This document shows, piece by piece, positions 7,896 through 8,296 of a stretch of DNA of 8,296 nt; positions within the stretch are counted from its first letter, which is position 1, and each line of letters begins with the position of its first letter. The notes below the pieces were generated by a model. It worked only from the letters and a program-made list of their open reading frames with translations. It was not told the DNA's origin and did no database searches. This DNA is from Octopus sinensis (Eukaryota), in assembly GCF_006345805.1 (NCBI RefSeq), contig NW_021828482.1, positions 1-8,296 on the forward strand. Reading direction: 5' to 3'. A program made the position numbers and the translations under genes.

Positions 7896-7908
7896 ATATA
7901 TATATATA
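7895..7908. repeat. (TA)7 microsatellite abutting the fold-back element
   Basis: Seen directly. Confidence 0.9.
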
Positions 7909-8296
7909 AGTTCAATAAAAATTTAGATTCAGTTGAATATGGTACTTAAGTCAAAGGCTCCAGAATTTGGTATAGTATTATCCATATAATTCAAAATGGG
8001 GTTATTACAATCAAAATAAGCAACAAGGATATCCAGAGGTAATGCAGTACCATCGTTTCATGCGACTTCATTTAATTGAACAATGAAAATATTACATCAA
8101 TTTTAAAATGTAGAGCAATCTTCAGCTGCATAAAAATTTAGAACTTAGTTAAATTAAAAGGATTCATTTGTATTGTTATTCTATTAATCAAAATCACAAA
8201 GAGGATAAGTAGATACACAAAGAACAGGTTTCATCAGTAGGAGTGATTTTCATATTTTCATTTACATTTATTTTATTTAACTTAAGTTTATTATAC

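Noticed and set aside
7719-7949. ORF 7719-7949, and ORFs at 4991, 5225, 1353, 3572, 1690(-) and 1891(-)
   Set aside because: They overlap MITEs, transposon ends or the antisense of the transposase, and show no homology-like motifs.
1-8296. CRISPR arrays, tRNA/rRNA genes, prokaryotic operons
   Set aside because: No regularly spaced repeat-spacer array, cloverleaf or rRNA-like sequence was seen; the DNA is eukaryotic repeat-rich sequence.

Overview
AT-rich, microsatellite-dense eukaryotic non-coding DNA. It is probably cephalopod or other invertebrate (inference from repeat style and from recalled family consensus, not verified). No host gene can be supported. The window is a stack of dead mobile elements: (1) two direct copies of a ~250-bp repeat, each ending in (TA)n and carrying a degenerate hammerhead-ribozyme-like core (100-369, 734-977); (2) a hAT-superfamily (hATm-type) DNA transposon with both ends intact, 1235-3815, with TAGGGTGATGCAAAA TIRs, inserted in a (TA)n tract and carrying a multiply disrupted, internally deleted DDE transposase; (3) a Penelope-like GIY-YIG endonuclease remnant (3941-4307) that the ORF track misses; (4) a 213-bp mariner-derived MITE with TA TSDs (5163-5375); (5) an unclassified ~300-bp fold-back element (7596-7895). 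Most ORFs in the supplied track are microsatellite or composition artefacts. Only those at 1673, 2346, 2742 and 3099 are real, and they are fragments of one transposase. I found no clearly new biological system; the best leads are the possible ribozyme-bearing repeat and the symmetric hAT end architecture.
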